Positions 40,964 through 52,407 of a stretch of 64,000 nt of DNA are shown piece after piece (the first letter of the stretch is position 1; each line of letters begins with the position of its first letter). The DNA is from Gammaproteobacteria bacterium. GTDB taxonomy: Bacteria > Pseudomonadota > Gammaproteobacteria > Ga0077536. The position numbers and the translations under genes were made by a program. The stretch lies in contig CAXXLL010000002.1 in the NCBI GenBank assembly GCA_963662545.2, positions 928,001-992,000 on the forward strand, in the 5' to 3' direction. The notes beneath the pieces were generated by a model, which was not told where the DNA came from, searched no databases, and was given only the letters and a program-made list of their open reading frames with translations.

Positions 40964-42145
40964 TTATGGCGGAAACAGATCGACGGCGTCGTAACCGTAG
41001 ATCCAGCCGGGATCCGCGAATCCTCCGCCGCGAAATTCCTCACCGTTCTCGTCGCGCCCGACTGCGTGATTGAGCTGTCCCTGTTCCCACGCGGCGGCCT
41101 GCATCTTGGACGTCCGTTCGAGGCGTGCCTGCTCGTAGTTCCTCAAGGCGGAGGCGGAACTCGCAGCATAGTCAATGCAGGCCGCGAGGACCCATGCGTC
41201 CTCGACCGCCATCACCGCGCCCTGTGCCAGATAGGGCACCATGGGATGCGCGGCGTCGCCAAGCAGTGTCACTCGGTCGGTCGACCAGCTCGGTAGCGGA
41301 TCGCGCACGAGCAAGGCCCACTTGTAGCATTCACCCTGAAGCGTCAGATCGACCAGCGTACGGACGATCTCATTCCAGCCGTCGAAATTTCGCGTGAGCG
41401 ACTCCTTGTCCGCCTTGGTCGTCCACGATTCGTCCAGCCAGCCGTCTTCCTCGATCAGGGCAACGTAGTTGATCAACTCGCCGCGCCGCACCGGATAGGC
41501 GACGAAGTGCTTGCCGGGTCCGACCCAGACGTTGAGCTTGGGTTCCACGAAATCAGGCGGCAGCATTTTCGTCGCGACCATGCCGCGGTAAGCAACGTGC
41601 CCGGTAAAGCGCGCGTCGATTTCTCCGTGGATCGAGGCTCTGACCCGAGAATGCACGCCGTCGGCTGCGATGAGTATTTCGGCTCGCTCGGCCATGCCGT
41701 TTTCGAATTCAACGGTAACGCCATCGTCGCCCTCTACGATAGCGACGGCTTGACGGTCAACGGCAATGCAATCCGGGTCATTTGCAAGCACCGCCTGAGA
41801 TAAGGCGGCGTGTAGATCAGCGCGATGGAAACTGTAAAACGGTGCGCCGAAGCGGCGTTCGAATTCGTCGTCTAGCGGACCTTCGAAGTTGGCGATCCCG
41901 GTTCTGAAATGCTTTGTTGAAATGGCCCGAGGGCGGGCCGCCACTGATGCCAACGCGTGTTCCAGCCCGAGTGCATTGAGGACTTTCATACCGTTCGGAC
42001 TCAAGTGCAGGCCGGCGCCGATTTCGCCCAAGGCGCGCGCCTGCTCGAAGACTCGAATGTCGAATCCGCGGTTTTGCAAGGCCAGTGCCGCGCTGAGCCC
42101 GCCGATGCCGGCGCCGATGATCGCGATGGACGTGGACTTTTTCAC
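40964..42145 (-). CDS. FAD-dependent aromatic monooxygenase (salicylate hydroxylase-like)
   Basis: GAGIGG, ADGVHS and LLGDAAHPMVPYLAQG motifs. Confidence 0.9.
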   Translation of the reverse strand: MKKSTSIAIIGAGIGGLSAALALQNRGFDIRVFEQARALGEIGAGLHLSPNGMKVLNALGLEHALASVAARPRAISTKHFRTGIANFEGPLDDEFERRFGAPFYSFHRADLHAALSQAVLANDPDCIAVDRQAVAIVEGDDGVTVEFENGMAERAEILIAADGVHSRVRASIHGEIDARFTGHVAYRGMVATKMLPPDFVEPKLNVWVGPGKHFVAYPVRRGELINYVALIEEDGWLDESWTTKADKESLTRNFDGWNEIVRTLVDLTLQGECYKWALLVRDPLPSWSTDRVTLLGDAAHPMVPYLAQGAVMAVEDAWVLAACIDYAASSASALRNYEQARLERTSKMQAAAWEQGQLNHAVGRDENGEEFRGGGFADPGWIYGYDAVDLFPP

Positions 42146-42493
42146 GGGACGGATCGGATCTCAAGAAGGTTGGGAGAAATTAGTCTGCGCCCATTTCAGT
42201 GTCAAATGGATTGGGGCGGCTGGTGAACGCAATCGGTGCGGCTTCGCAGAGAGGCTTGAATCCGCTGGCAGATTCGATGCCCGACGGCTGATACATCAGC
42301 GGGCGGGGAAACTGTAATGGTCTTTGCCGTAGTGGACGACTCGCGATTGCGAAGTGCGATTTCACGCATTTATTGCGACATTCGTCACATCTGGGCGCGA
42401 CCAATGCCTGTCATTGGGCGTCAAGGCCGACTAATCTATGTCGATAGCAGAGGCAGGAATTGAACTGCCGGAATTGGTCAAGGAGTGTTGCAG

Positions 42494-42730
42494 ATGAAAA
42501 CCCCCGTAGTATTGCTGGCTTTGATACTGGCTGCTCTTATTTGGAGCCAAACCGGTGTCGCGAGCTACGTCGCCGGCCGGACCGTCCCGCCGGACGTCCA
42601 GTCGATCCTGTTGGAAACGTCTTCGGAGAACCCGGTCACCTACGAAGGCAGTTCAGGTAAGAACAAATCCAAGCTTCGAACCGACACCAAGAAGTGTTCA
42701 AAACGGGACAAGGACTGCAACGACGAATAA
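42494..42730 (+). CDS. Small secreted hypothetical protein
   Basis: AGGAG RBS, signal peptide and charged C-terminus with two Cys. Confidence 0.55.
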   Translation: MKTPVVLLALILAALIWSQTGVASYVAGRTVPPDVQSILLETSSENPVTYEGSSGKNKSKLRTDTKKCSKRDKDCNDE

Positions 42731-42813
42731 CTAAATCAGGGCGCCTGCCGGACGATGGGCCTGCACGTCTTGCATGGACCTGCAGGCTTATGGTGGTCCC
42801 ACCCGCAAGCGGG

Positions 42814-43569
42814 CTAAGCGCCAGCCGATTTCCCGCCATCGACGGGTAGTGCGACGCCTGTCATAAAACTGGCGCGCTCCGAGGCAAGGAATGTAAAAGC
42901 CTCGACCACATCTTCGTTTGTCGGCAGGTGTTTGAGCTTGCTGGCCTGCGCGAAAGCTTCGTAAGCCGCCTTGGGATCGTCTGCGCGGTTAAATCCCTGC
43001 CACCCCATGTCATTATCGACCGTCGTCGGGCAGACGCAATTCACCCGGACCTCAGGCGCGAGTTCCATTGCCATCGAGCGCGTCAGGCTGGCGACGGCGC
43101 CTTTCGAAGTGCAGTAGACAGTGATGTTGGCGAATCCCATCACGCCCGCGATCGATGAGTGATTCACGATCACGCCTTTCGATTCCCGTAGGGCCGCAAG
43201 CGCGGCGCGGCTGCAAAAGAAAGTGCTTTTGACGTTGGCATCCATGGTCGTGTCCCACATCGTTTCATCGGTCTCTTCGATGGATGCGATGGGATATAAA
43301 CCGGCGTTTTTGATGAGAATGTCGAGCCCGCCAAGTCCGTCGAGTGCGCGCCCGACTGCGGCTTCACAGCCCGCGGTGCTCGACAAGTCGCCCGCCGCGG
43401 GAACAAAATTTTCGCCGCTGCCGAGCTTAAGAATCGATGCCGCCACGCCATCTTCCGTGCGGCCGTTGATCGCGACCCGCGCGCCATGCTCATGAAAACG
43501 CCGGGCCAATGCCTGGCCGATGCCCCGGGTTGACCCCGTGACGAGAACGCGTTTACCGCTGAATTCCAT
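42814..43569 (-). CDS. SDR family oxidoreductase
   Basis: TGSTRGIG, NAG and YCTSK motifs. Confidence 0.92.
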   Translation of the reverse strand: MEFSGKRVLVTGSTRGIGQALARRFHEHGARVAINGRTEDGVAASILKLGSGENFVPAAGDLSSTAGCEAAVGRALDGLGGLDILIKNAGLYPIASIEETDETMWDTTMDANVKSTFFCSRAALAALRESKGVIVNHSSIAGVMGFANITVYCTSKGAVASLTRSMAMELAPEVRVNCVCPTTVDNDMGWQGFNRADDPKAAYEAFAQASKLKHLPTNEDVVEAFTFLASERASFMTGVALPVDGGKSAGA

Positions 43570-43827
43570 AACTGCTCCCGCTCCGTACGCCGCAATGGAC
43601 GCCAAGTGGGAGAATTTACTTTGAATTGATCCGCGGATCACCTGTGCAGCGGATGTGCGATGCTATCGACTATAGGACCAGGGGGTGGTCTCGAAGCTTT
43701 CTTTGCCGCGGGCGGGGCGTTTGCCGACAAGCCGGCTCCTACTTCCGCATCGATAATTCTACGCCTGCCATCCTTGGCGTTGCTTCCCGGACTGCGTTTT
43801 ACCCCGGCCCGCACATGGATGTACGCG

Positions 43828-44457
43828 CTAAGCGGCCTGCGCCGCCCTCGCCGGAAACGGGTCCTTCCATGCGGGCAAGATCAGGAGCTGGTCGTGCCAG
43901 CGCTTGATCTGTGGGAAGTCGTCGAGCGGCAGTTGCGCTTCTGCGGCCGTCGGCAGCATCGAGGCGACCGCGAAGTCGGCAACGCTGAGCGAGTCGGCGA
44001 CGAGGTATTCGCGACCATCGAGATGCTGTTCGAGAACGCTCGCGAACTGCTTGAAAAAGCCGCTCGCTTCCTCGATCAGATCCGCATCCGGCTCACCCAT
44101 GCCGAAAGCCGGTTTGATGTAGTTTTGGAAATAAAGCGTACTGGCGTGGCGCGAAAAATGCGCGATGTCCCACATGAACCATTTCAATACCTCGACCTGT
44201 AGAGCGTTGGCCCGTGGCCACAACTCGGATCCGGCAAGCTGGGCGATATAAACCATGATCGCGTGGCTTTCCCACAGTGCAGTGCCGCCGTCTTTTAGCG
44301 CCGGCACCTTGCCGTTCGGATTAATCGCCAGGAATTCAGGTGATTTCTGCTCGCCCTTGGTCAGGTCGATTCGCACCCATTCGACGGGCGCGTCCAGGTA
44401 TTTCGCGACCGCGCAGGGCTTACGCGGGTTCGGGGTTTCGAAGTAGTAAAGTTTCAT
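43828..44457 (-). CDS. Glutathione S-transferase
   Basis: INPNGKVP, LWESHAI and LSVADF motifs. Confidence 0.9.
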   Translation of the reverse strand: MKLYYFETPNPRKPCAVAKYLDAPVEWVRIDLTKGEQKSPEFLAINPNGKVPALKDGGTALWESHAIMVYIAQLAGSELWPRANALQVEVLKWFMWDIAHFSRHASTLYFQNYIKPAFGMGEPDADLIEEASGFFKQFASVLEQHLDGREYLVADSLSVADFAVASMLPTAAEAQLPLDDFPQIKRWHDQLLILPAWKDPFPARAAQAA

Positions 44458-44526
44458 AGCAGTCTCCATGGTGGGGTCCAGTTTGTCGTTTCGAATACCG
44501 GTTTCGCCAAGCGTAATTCCAAATAT

Positions 44527-44546
44527 AATATGTTCAAGAACATATT
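44527..44546. promoter_or_regulatory. Probable TetR operator
   Basis: Perfect palindrome AATATGTTC-AA-GAACATATT between divergent gst and tetR genes. Confidence 0.7.
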
Positions 44547-44592
44547 TTAAAATCGCGCTAGGCTGTAGCGATCCAGCCTTGAGCCAACCCGT

Positions 44593-45180
44593 ATGCCCTA
44601 TACCGCAAAGCACAAGCAAAACACCCGCGCCCGCATCGTCGAATGCGCCCGCCAGCTGTTCAACCGACGTGGTTTCGTCGAAGTTTCGATCGACGAGATC
44701 ATGGCAGAAGCAGGATTAACTCGCGGCGGTTTTTATAATCATTTCAACAACAAAGAAGATCTATTTGTGGAAGCGATTGACCTGTACGCTCACTGTAATC
44801 CGGCCGATCGCTGGGACGATGTGGTGCTCGATTTTTCGGCATCCGGGCGCGAGCTCGCCCGGCAGATGATCAACGCCTACCTCTCTCTTGCTCACCTTGA
44901 AGACATTGCGGGGCATTGTCCGCTGATCGCGCTGCCGTCCGATGTGGCGCGGGCTACCCCACGCGTCAAGGATTCTTACCGCAAGTTGCTCGAAGGGATG
45001 GCCGGCATCTTCCAGGCGGGCGTCAACTCTGGCAACGGCGAGGAGCCGCGTGATCGAGGCCTGGCGCTCGCGGCCCTGTGTGTTGGCGGTATGGTGTTGG
45101 CGCGGACCTTCGATGATCCGGCCTTTGGCAACGAGATTCGTGAAGCGGTCCGAATAATGGCCCTCGAACTCATTGAGTAA
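44593..45180 (+). CDS. TetR/AcrR family regulator
   Basis: SIDEIMAEAGLTRGGFYNHF helix-turn-helix. Confidence 0.92.
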   Translation: MPYTAKHKQNTRARIVECARQLFNRRGFVEVSIDEIMAEAGLTRGGFYNHFNNKEDLFVEAIDLYAHCNPADRWDDVVLDFSASGRELARQMINAYLSLAHLEDIAGHCPLIALPSDVARATPRVKDSYRKLLEGMAGIFQAGVNSGNGEEPRDRGLALAALCVGGMVLARTFDDPAFGNEIREAVRIMALELIE

Positions 45181-45206
45181 CCGTTCGACGTAGGACCCGG
45201 GACGGC

Positions 45207-45743
45207 TTACAACAACGGCTTATCCGATTTGGCCGACTCCGACCAGTAAAGCGCCTCGTTCGAATCCCGGCGGACACCCAGGCCTTCAGCGTACATGTTG
45301 GCGATGAGTGCCTGCGCCTGTTTGTGACCGTACTTCGCGGCCTGCAGCAGCAGCGGCGCAGCGTCGTCGAACTGCTTACGGGTGAACATCGTCATCGCAT
45401 CGTTGACGAGGATCCGGCATAACCGGGCCTGACCTTCGCGGGTAGATTGCTCGGCGACGAGATTGGGTTTGTCCGGATAAGTCACTTCTTCGAGGCGCTG
45501 CTCGGATTCGGCGGCCTTTTCGAGTTCGATCGGGTCGACGTGTTCGACCTGGTAGATCTTCATGATCAAGTAGGCCGCCTTCATCGAACCGCGGGCCGCG
45601 GCGCGGTAGAGCCAGTTCAGGGCATCGCCGAGGTTCTTGTCGACACCACGACCGAGGTAGCGAATTTTTCCGTATAAATATTGGGCTTTAGAATCGTTCT
45701 GACGCGCGAGGTCCAACAGTCTTGTACTCAGCGGTGTGGCCAT
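45207..45743 (-). CDS. Sel1-like repeat protein
   Basis: AQYLYGKIRYLGRGV and AQALIANMYAEGLGV repeats. Confidence 0.8.
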   Translation of the reverse strand: MATPLSTRLLDLARQNDSKAQYLYGKIRYLGRGVDKNLGDALNWLYRAAARGSMKAAYLIMKIYQVEHVDPIELEKAAESEQRLEEVTYPDKPNLVAEQSTREGQARLCRILVNDAMTMFTRKQFDDAAPLLLQAAKYGHKQAQALIANMYAEGLGVRRDSNEALYWSESAKSDKPLL

Positions 45744-45899
45744 GTGAATATCTAGGCTCGATAGCATTAGTCGAAGCATCATAGTTCGAATTAAAATTCC
45801 TCGCCCCCCAATCCTCCGAATTCCCCCGGACTATGCCCAATATCATAAATATTTACGATTCGGCGGCGACGTGCGCGAGTGGTCGCTGAGGAGCAGACC

Positions 45900-46946
45900 A
45901 TGAACGTCACCGAACACACCGTGAAAGGTAAAACGCACACGAGCTTCTACCTCGCGGCAGGGACCGAGTCCGGACCGCTGGTGATCTTCCTGCACGGCTG
46001 GCCCGAGCTCTCGATCAGCTGGCGCCATCAGCTGCCCGTACTGGGCAGCCTTGGATTCAGGGCGATCGCGCCCGACATGCGCGGTTACGGCCGTTCCAGC
46101 GTGTATGCCGAACGTAGCGATTACGCCCTTGAGAGAATCGTCGCGGACATGATCGAACTCCTCGATGATCTCGGTCAGGAGCGCGCGATCTGGATAGGGC
46201 ACGACTGGGGTTGTGGCGTGGTCTGGAGCATTGCCAGCCACTATCCAGGCCGTTGTCACGGCGTTGCCAATCTGTGTGTCCCTTACCGGACCTTGGAGAT
46301 CGGCGCCGACACACTGATCGAGCTCGTAGACCGCAAGGTCTACCCGGTCGGCGACTACCCGGCCGGGCAATGGGACTATCAACGGTTCTACGAAGAAAAC
46401 TTCGCACGCGCGGTGCAGGTGTTCGATGCGAACCCCCGCAATGCGATCAAGGCGCTGTTTCAGAAGTGGGGGCCGGAAGGCACCGGTAAGCCGGCGCTCA
46501 CGGCGACCACGCGGCGCGACAAGGGTTGGTTCGGCGGCGCCGAAGAAGCACCGGATGTACCGCGAGATGACGATATCGTCTCCGAGGCGAATCTGTGCAT
46601 TTACGCGGCGGCGCTCGAACGCAACGGATTTTTCGGTGCGTGTTCGATCTACATGAATCACGAAGTGAACGCCGAATACGCAAAGCGCGCCAAAAACGAC
46701 GGCTATCTCGACATGCCCGTGCTGTTCCTGACGGGCGAGTACGATCATGTCTGCGAGTGTATGAGCTCGAGATTGCCGGAGCCCATGCGAGAATACTGCC
46801 GCAACCTGACGGAACGAACGATACGGTCGGGACATTGGATGGCGCAGGAGAAGCCACTGGATGTTAACAACGCGATCGTACGCTGGCTCGCGACGACCGG
46901 TTCGGGCGTATGGCCCGAGCCGCCGTTACCGATTGCCGAGACCTAA
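45900..46946 (+). CDS. Epoxide hydrolase-like alpha/beta hydrolase
   Basis: HGWPE, GHDWG and GHWMAQEKP motifs. Confidence 0.9.
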   Translation: MNVTEHTVKGKTHTSFYLAAGTESGPLVIFLHGWPELSISWRHQLPVLGSLGFRAIAPDMRGYGRSSVYAERSDYALERIVADMIELLDDLGQERAIWIGHDWGCGVVWSIASHYPGRCHGVANLCVPYRTLEIGADTLIELVDRKVYPVGDYPAGQWDYQRFYEENFARAVQVFDANPRNAIKALFQKWGPEGTGKPALTATTRRDKGWFGGAEEAPDVPRDDDIVSEANLCIYAAALERNGFFGACSIYMNHEVNAEYAKRAKNDGYLDMPVLFLTGEYDHVCECMSSRLPEPMREYCRNLTERTIRSGHWMAQEKPLDVNNAIVRWLATTGSGVWPEPPLPIAET

Positions 46947-46969
46947 GCTCTATAATCTGAAAGAACATC

Positions 46970-48541
46970 ATGCGACCCATAGACTATTTCGATCACGGCG
47001 TTCAATTAGGCCCCGAACGTCTCTTTCTCATCGGTGCCGGCAAGCAAATCAGCTTTGGCGAAGCGCAGGGTATGACCGAGGCAATCGCCAAGGGGCTCTA
47101 TGCCGGCGGATTCGAGATCGGTGATTCCGTCGCCGTTTACTCGCCTAACGACCCGACTGCCGTCGTGTGCATATTCGCGGCCGCGCGGGCCGGCGGCGCA
47201 TGGATCCCCATCAGCGTGCGCAACTCGGCCAGCACCAACGCCGAATACATGGCCTACGTAGGTACCCGGTGGCTGTTCTTTCATTCCGAAGTCGCCCGGG
47301 AAGCAGCCGAAGCCATGGCGAGCCTGACCGATCTCAAGGGTATGATCTGCATCGATTCCGATGACTGTGGCAGTCCGTCGCTCGACGCATTCTGCAAGTC
47401 CGGTGCCGGCACTCAAATACCGGACTGGTCGGATCCTTTCAGCGCGTCGGATCACGTCTTTTCACGCTGGCCCACCGGCGGTACCACGGGGCCCTCAAAG
47501 GGCGTGGAGATGACCAACCATTCGATCGTCACCATGTTCGAACTCGGTCTGCGCCATTACGTGGGCGACCGGACCGACGACATCGTGCACCTCGCAGTCG
47601 CGCCGATCACGCACGCCGCCGGTCTCATGATTTTTGTGTTCGCGGCAGCAGGCGGAACGACGGTGGTGCATCCCGGCTTCGACGCGACGCAGGTCCTCGC
47701 GGCGATCGAAGAACACAAGGTAACCCATATTTTTCTACCGCCGACCGCGTACTATGCGCTCCTCGATCACCCGCTGGTAAGAAATTACGACTATTCCAGC
47801 CTCCGCCAGATCCTGATCGCGGCCGCGCCGGTGTCGCCGGACAAGTTTCGCGAAGGGGTCGACATCTTCGGCCCCGTGATCTGCCAGTGCTATGGGCAGG
47901 CCGAAGCGCCCATGCTGATCTCCATGCTGTCGCCGGGGGTCGTCGCGGCGGCTGCGCGCGGTGACCATCCCGAGCGCCTCAAAAGCTGCGGCAAAGCCAC
48001 CTCGTGCACTCAAATCGCCATCCTCGACGATGACGGCAATGGCATGCCCCTCGGAGAGCGGGGCGAGATCTGCTGCCGGGGTCCGCTGGTCACGCCGGGC
48101 TATTTCGAAAAGCCCGAGGCGACGGCGGAAGCGCATAAGTTCGGATGGCACCACACCGGGGATATCGGTTATCTCGACGCCCAGGGATACCTCTACATAG
48201 TCGACCGCAAGAAGGACATGATCATCACGGGCGGTTTCAATGTTTTCGCGACCGAGGTTGAAGAGCCGATACTGGCCATGCCGGAAGTGTTGGAATGCGC
48301 GGTAGTCGGCGTGCCCGACGATAAATGGGGCGAGGCGATCACGGCCGTGATCGTGCTCAAGCAAGGAGAATCACTGACTCCGGAGACTCTCATGGAACGA
48401 TGCCGCCCGAAGCTCGGCGGCGTCAAGTCACCGAAATCCGTCGAATTCTGGGACGCCATACCGAAGACCAGCGTCGGCAAGACGGACAAAAAAGCCATCC
48501 GCGCGAAATTCTGGGGCGATCGCGAGCGGGCGGTCAACTGA
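46970..48541 (+). CDS. AMP-dependent acyl-CoA ligase
   Basis: TGGTTGPSKG, YGQAE, HTGDIG and DRKKDMIITGG motifs. Confidence 0.92.
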   Translation: MRPIDYFDHGVQLGPERLFLIGAGKQISFGEAQGMTEAIAKGLYAGGFEIGDSVAVYSPNDPTAVVCIFAAARAGGAWIPISVRNSASTNAEYMAYVGTRWLFFHSEVAREAAEAMASLTDLKGMICIDSDDCGSPSLDAFCKSGAGTQIPDWSDPFSASDHVFSRWPTGGTTGPSKGVEMTNHSIVTMFELGLRHYVGDRTDDIVHLAVAPITHAAGLMIFVFAAAGGTTVVHPGFDATQVLAAIEEHKVTHIFLPPTAYYALLDHPLVRNYDYSSLRQILIAAAPVSPDKFREGVDIFGPVICQCYGQAEAPMLISMLSPGVVAAAARGDHPERLKSCGKATSCTQIAILDDDGNGMPLGERGEICCRGPLVTPGYFEKPEATAEAHKFGWHHTGDIGYLDAQGYLYIVDRKKDMIITGGFNVFATEVEEPILAMPEVLECAVVGVPDDKWGEAITAVIVLKQGESLTPETLMERCRPKLGGVKSPKSVEFWDAIPKTSVGKTDKKAIRAKFWGDRERAVN

Positions 48542-48554
48542 CGCCGGCGCGGAT

Positions 48555-49439
48555 TTATATTCCGTTACGCTCCATCCATCCGGCGATCGCCTGGCCGATC
48601 GCCGGCGGATGGTCTTCCTGTATGTAGTGCGTGCCGGCGCCGACGTGCACGGCTTCCAGGGCGGGCAGGTTCTCGCTGCACCAATCAACCATCTGTTGCG
48701 GGATCAGGATCCCGGGATCCGCATACAGCAGGAGCTTGAGAACGTCTGATTGCTGCAGTTTCTCCATGTAGGCCATCTGCATGTCGTTGATGTTCTTGGG
48801 TTCACCGCCGATGCAGAGATTCTGCGGGAATTTGCACAGGATCTTTCTTGACTCGGGGTCGATCCAGGGCGCGCGATAGGCGTTGTGCTCGTCTTCCGTG
48901 AGCTGGCGATTAATGACGCCCGGTAGTACGCCTTCGATGAAGAGATTCTTTTCGACCATCATGTTCTCTGCTGCTTCCTGCGATGCTCGCAAGGTCTGGA
49001 AGAACTCGCGCAGATCATCGTCGAGCGCATCGTAACCCTGTACCGGTAACAGGAACGCGTCCACGAAGGCCAGGCCCTTGACGTTCTCGGGGTGTCGCAT
49101 CGCGTAATGGAAACTGGAGAAAGAACCTCAATCGTGTATCACAAAAGTGATGTTCTCGAGGTTTCGAGACCAGATGAATTCCTCGATGTATTTGATGTGA
49201 TCGGTCATCTCGTAGTCGATGTCGGGCTTGTCCGACATGCCGTAACCGATGAGGTCGAGCGCGATCAGCCGGCCGCGTCCTTCGAGTTCCGGCATGATGT
49301 TGCGCCACAGATAAGACCAGGTTGGCTGGCCATGCAGGAACAGGACGGGGTCGCCCGTACCCGATTCGACTTAGTGCATCTTCGAACCGAAGACCTCAGC
49401 GTACTTCGATGGGTAGGTAAAATCGCCGGGTTTGGTCAT
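48555..49439 (-). pseudogene. Haloalkane dehalogenase pseudogene
   Basis: [14 protein letters not shown] and HYIQED motifs; in-frame TAA at 49371-73 (MH*VE) and TGA at 49128-30 (IHD*GS). Confidence 0.85.
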
Positions 49440-49500
49440 TGCCAATTTTGATACCCTTCGATCACGCGCGACGGTGTGTGATCTGGTTGGCGCGATGGGT

Positions 49501-50304
49501 TCAGGCGACGCGCACCGGTTGCCACGGTTCCTCATTCATGTTGTTCATGGCGTCGTAATCGTCGAACTTGCTGTAGGCGTAGGGCATGAACTCGTTGGCA
49601 TCGACCCGCGTGAGTTCAGTGCAACGGGCAGTAGTGTCCGCCTCGGTATAGCTGGCGCCCAGCATTTCGACGATCTCGATTTCGCCGAGCGGGTCGAGCG
49701 GGGTGTTGGCAAGCTTGAGGGTCGCGGTGCCCGACTCGACCTTGGCATTCATGACTTTGAAGGTCGCCATGACCAGGATCGGATCCCACTCCAGACCCTG
49801 GCCGTCGCATTTCGGCAGGAACTTGTAGTGAAAGTTCGTGAAGCCGCTCGGCGGATTCGCGACCGGTGTTTCCATCTTGGCCTCAGTCTCAATGATGGTC
49901 TGGCCGTAGCGTGTGACTGAACCGACCAGCTTGTCGCCATTGCGATCGAGCTTGGTGATGGCATATTTCTTGGGTTCGCCGAAGGTGTCCCGCCCGAAGA
50001 TGATCGCGGCGTCGCTCGACATCTGCATCGCCAGGCAGTAATCGCCCACGTGTTCACCGTGGCGTGCCTGCACGTAGAAACAGGCGCCCGAAAACGCGTG
50101 GCACACGTTGCTGCGGCCCCAATGCCCCATCAGCAGGGTTGCGATTGGCTCGTCGGTGGGCTCGAGGCCCGGCGGGAGGACGTGAGCGATGATGTCCGGC
50201 CTCGTAAGATACTGAACTGCGAGGAGCTTCGCGCTCATGAACTCGGCCTCAGCGAGGGTTGATTGAATGCGTTCGATTTCTTCTGGTGTCTTGACGAATC
50301 CCAT
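49501..50304 (-). CDS. Acetoacetate decarboxylase family protein
   Basis: GRDTFGEPKK Schiff-base motif. Confidence 0.85.
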   Translation of the reverse strand: MGFVKTPEEIERIQSTLAEAEFMSAKLLAVQYLTRPDIIAHVLPPGLEPTDEPIATLLMGHWGRSNVCHAFSGACFYVQARHGEHVGDYCLAMQMSSDAAIIFGRDTFGEPKKYAITKLDRNGDKLVGSVTRYGQTIIETEAKMETPVANPPSGFTNFHYKFLPKCDGQGLEWDPILVMATFKVMNAKVESGTATLKLANTPLDPLGEIEIVEMLGASYTEADTTARCTELTRVDANEFMPYAYSKFDDYDAMNNMNEEPWQPVRVA

Positions 50305-50431
50305 GAATAGCTCTCCGTTCCTAAGCTTCAACGCAGGTTTAACTATGCACCGGAATGACATCCGGCGCCACTGCGCGGGGAATCGCGGGCAGGCCAGCTA
50401 TTTCCTGCGAGAATATTCTCGAAATAAACGG

Positions 50432-52334
50432 TCATTTGCCAACTTCTGCAAAATCTATCGTCTCAATTTCATCCCTTGACTGCGCTAACCAAAGCTGTGC
50501 TTCGGGACGCTTTAAAACCTTGTTCATATAGTCTGTGGAAAGCTCGGATACAGACACATCGTAAGTGGTAAATCGAAAAACGACAGGCGCAAACATACAA
50601 TCCGCAATTGAAAATTTGGAGTTGACCCGCTTTCGTGGATACCTGACCCTTTTAGAAGGAGGATTCCACGATGCCCAAAACACGAACTGCCTATCCACCG
50701 GCCTTCCGGCAACAGATGATCGAACTGGTACGGGCGGGCCGCAGCCCGGAAGACCTTGCACGCGAGTTTGAGCCGACCGCACAGACCGTACGCAACTGGG
50801 TCGCGCAGGCCGACCGTGATGAAGGTCGCCGCAACGACGGTCTGACCACCGTCGAACGCGAAGAACTGCGGCGTCTGCGTCGGGAGAATCGGCGGCTACG
50901 TGAGGAACGGGAGATCCTTTCAAAAGCCACGGCCTGGTTCGCTCGGGAGACCGATTCGAGGAAATCTTCGAGTTCATGAAAGTGAATCAGGCCACCTACC
51001 GGATCGCGCCGATGTGCCGGCTACTCGGTGTCTCCCCGAGTGGCTACTACGCGTGTCGGACACGTGAACCCTCAGCGCGGTCGAAGCGCGACGCGCAACT
51101 CAAGGCACGTATCCAGGCCATCCACAGCTGGAGTCGAGGCACCTATGGGGCACCGCGTATTCACGCCGAGCTCGCGGATGAGGGGGCGCACGTGGGTCGC
51201 AAGCGCGTCGCCAGGCTGCTGCGTGAATTGGGTTTGGCCGGGGTGAGTCGACGCAAAAGGACGCGCACGACACGCCGCGATCACGATGCCCACCCGGCGC
51301 CGGATCTGGTCGAGCGTCACTTCGTGGCTTCGCGGCCGGACGCACTGTGGGTTGCTGACGTGACCTACGTGCCGACGTGGGCGGGGTTCGTGTATCTGGC
51401 GGTTGTCGTCGATGCATTCAGTCGGCGCGTCGTAGGCTGGTCGATGGCGACGCATCTGCGCACTGAGCTCGTGCTCGAGGCGCTCAATATGGCGCTATGG
51501 CAGCGTCGACCGAAGAATGTGATCCATCACAGTGACCAGGGCTGTCAGTACACTTCGTTCGCCTTCGGCAAGCGCTGCCGGTTAATGGGTGTACAACCGT
51601 CGATGGGATCGGTCGGCGATTGCTACGATAACGCGATGGCCGAGAGCTTCTTCGCGACGCTCGAATGCGAACTCATCGACCGCCACAGTTTCAAGACGCA
51701 GGCCGAAGCGAAGATGGCGATCTTCGAGTTCATCGAAGGCTGGTACAACCCGCACCGTCGTCACTCATCCCTCGGTCAGCAATCACCGCTAAACTATGAA
51801 AATAATTATCAACAGGCTGCTTGAAACCCAAGCGCTATACCGTCCACGGAAACGGGGCAACTCCAATTCACCAAATAGCCATGGGCTCAAATTAGAATGT
51901 TTTTTTCTAAATCCGGACCACAAATCATCAATTCGAGATATTTCCTTTTCTAGTTCAGTGCTTATTGTCACCTTACGGGAGCGTGCCCTACAGTTCATAG
52001 GCATATTTTCTCGAATAGAAAAAAAGCCTGAATGCATCTCAGCACTGCATGACCGCGCTTCTGCTCTGGACTCTGAATCGGCAGGCCAGCCTTTGCCGTC
52101 TAAGTATTGTTCTGAAATGTACTCGCAAATCGCAAGAGAATCCCATACAACGGTATCTTTATCTTGAAGCACCGGCACTTTACCTGCGGGTGTATATTTC
52201 TCTAATTCGGAGCGAGTACTTTCCGTAAACAATGGGATCCGCACTTCTTCAAAAGAAATATTATTCACGGCAAGTAGTAACCATGGCCGCAATGACCAAG
52301 ACGAATAATTCTTGTTACCTATAAAGAGTTTCAA
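50432..52334 (-). pseudogene. Glutathione S-transferase interrupted by IS3
   Basis: N-terminus GNKNYSSWSLRPW...WLFGE (51866-52334) continues as FSIADCMFAPV at 50616 downward. Confidence 0.88.
50617..51865 (+). mobile_element. IS3 family element (orfA 50671-50979, orfB 50976-51824)
   Basis: TIRs TGGAGTTGACCCG / CGGGGCAACTCCA, ATT target duplication, DDE motifs WVADVTY, HSDQG and AESFF. Confidence 0.93.
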
Positions 52335-52407
52335 TGTTTCTCCGGGAAATGTAATGCAGCAAGGCGTCGGCCCTAATTCGAATGTTCTACGGCAGTACTC
52401 GCAAAGT

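Noticed and set aside
49128-49130. In-frame TGA in the haloalkane dehalogenase as a third Sec codon
   Set aside because: It replaces the conserved Trp of HDWG rather than a Cys, and the gene also carries a TAA stop, so it is an ordinary pseudogene
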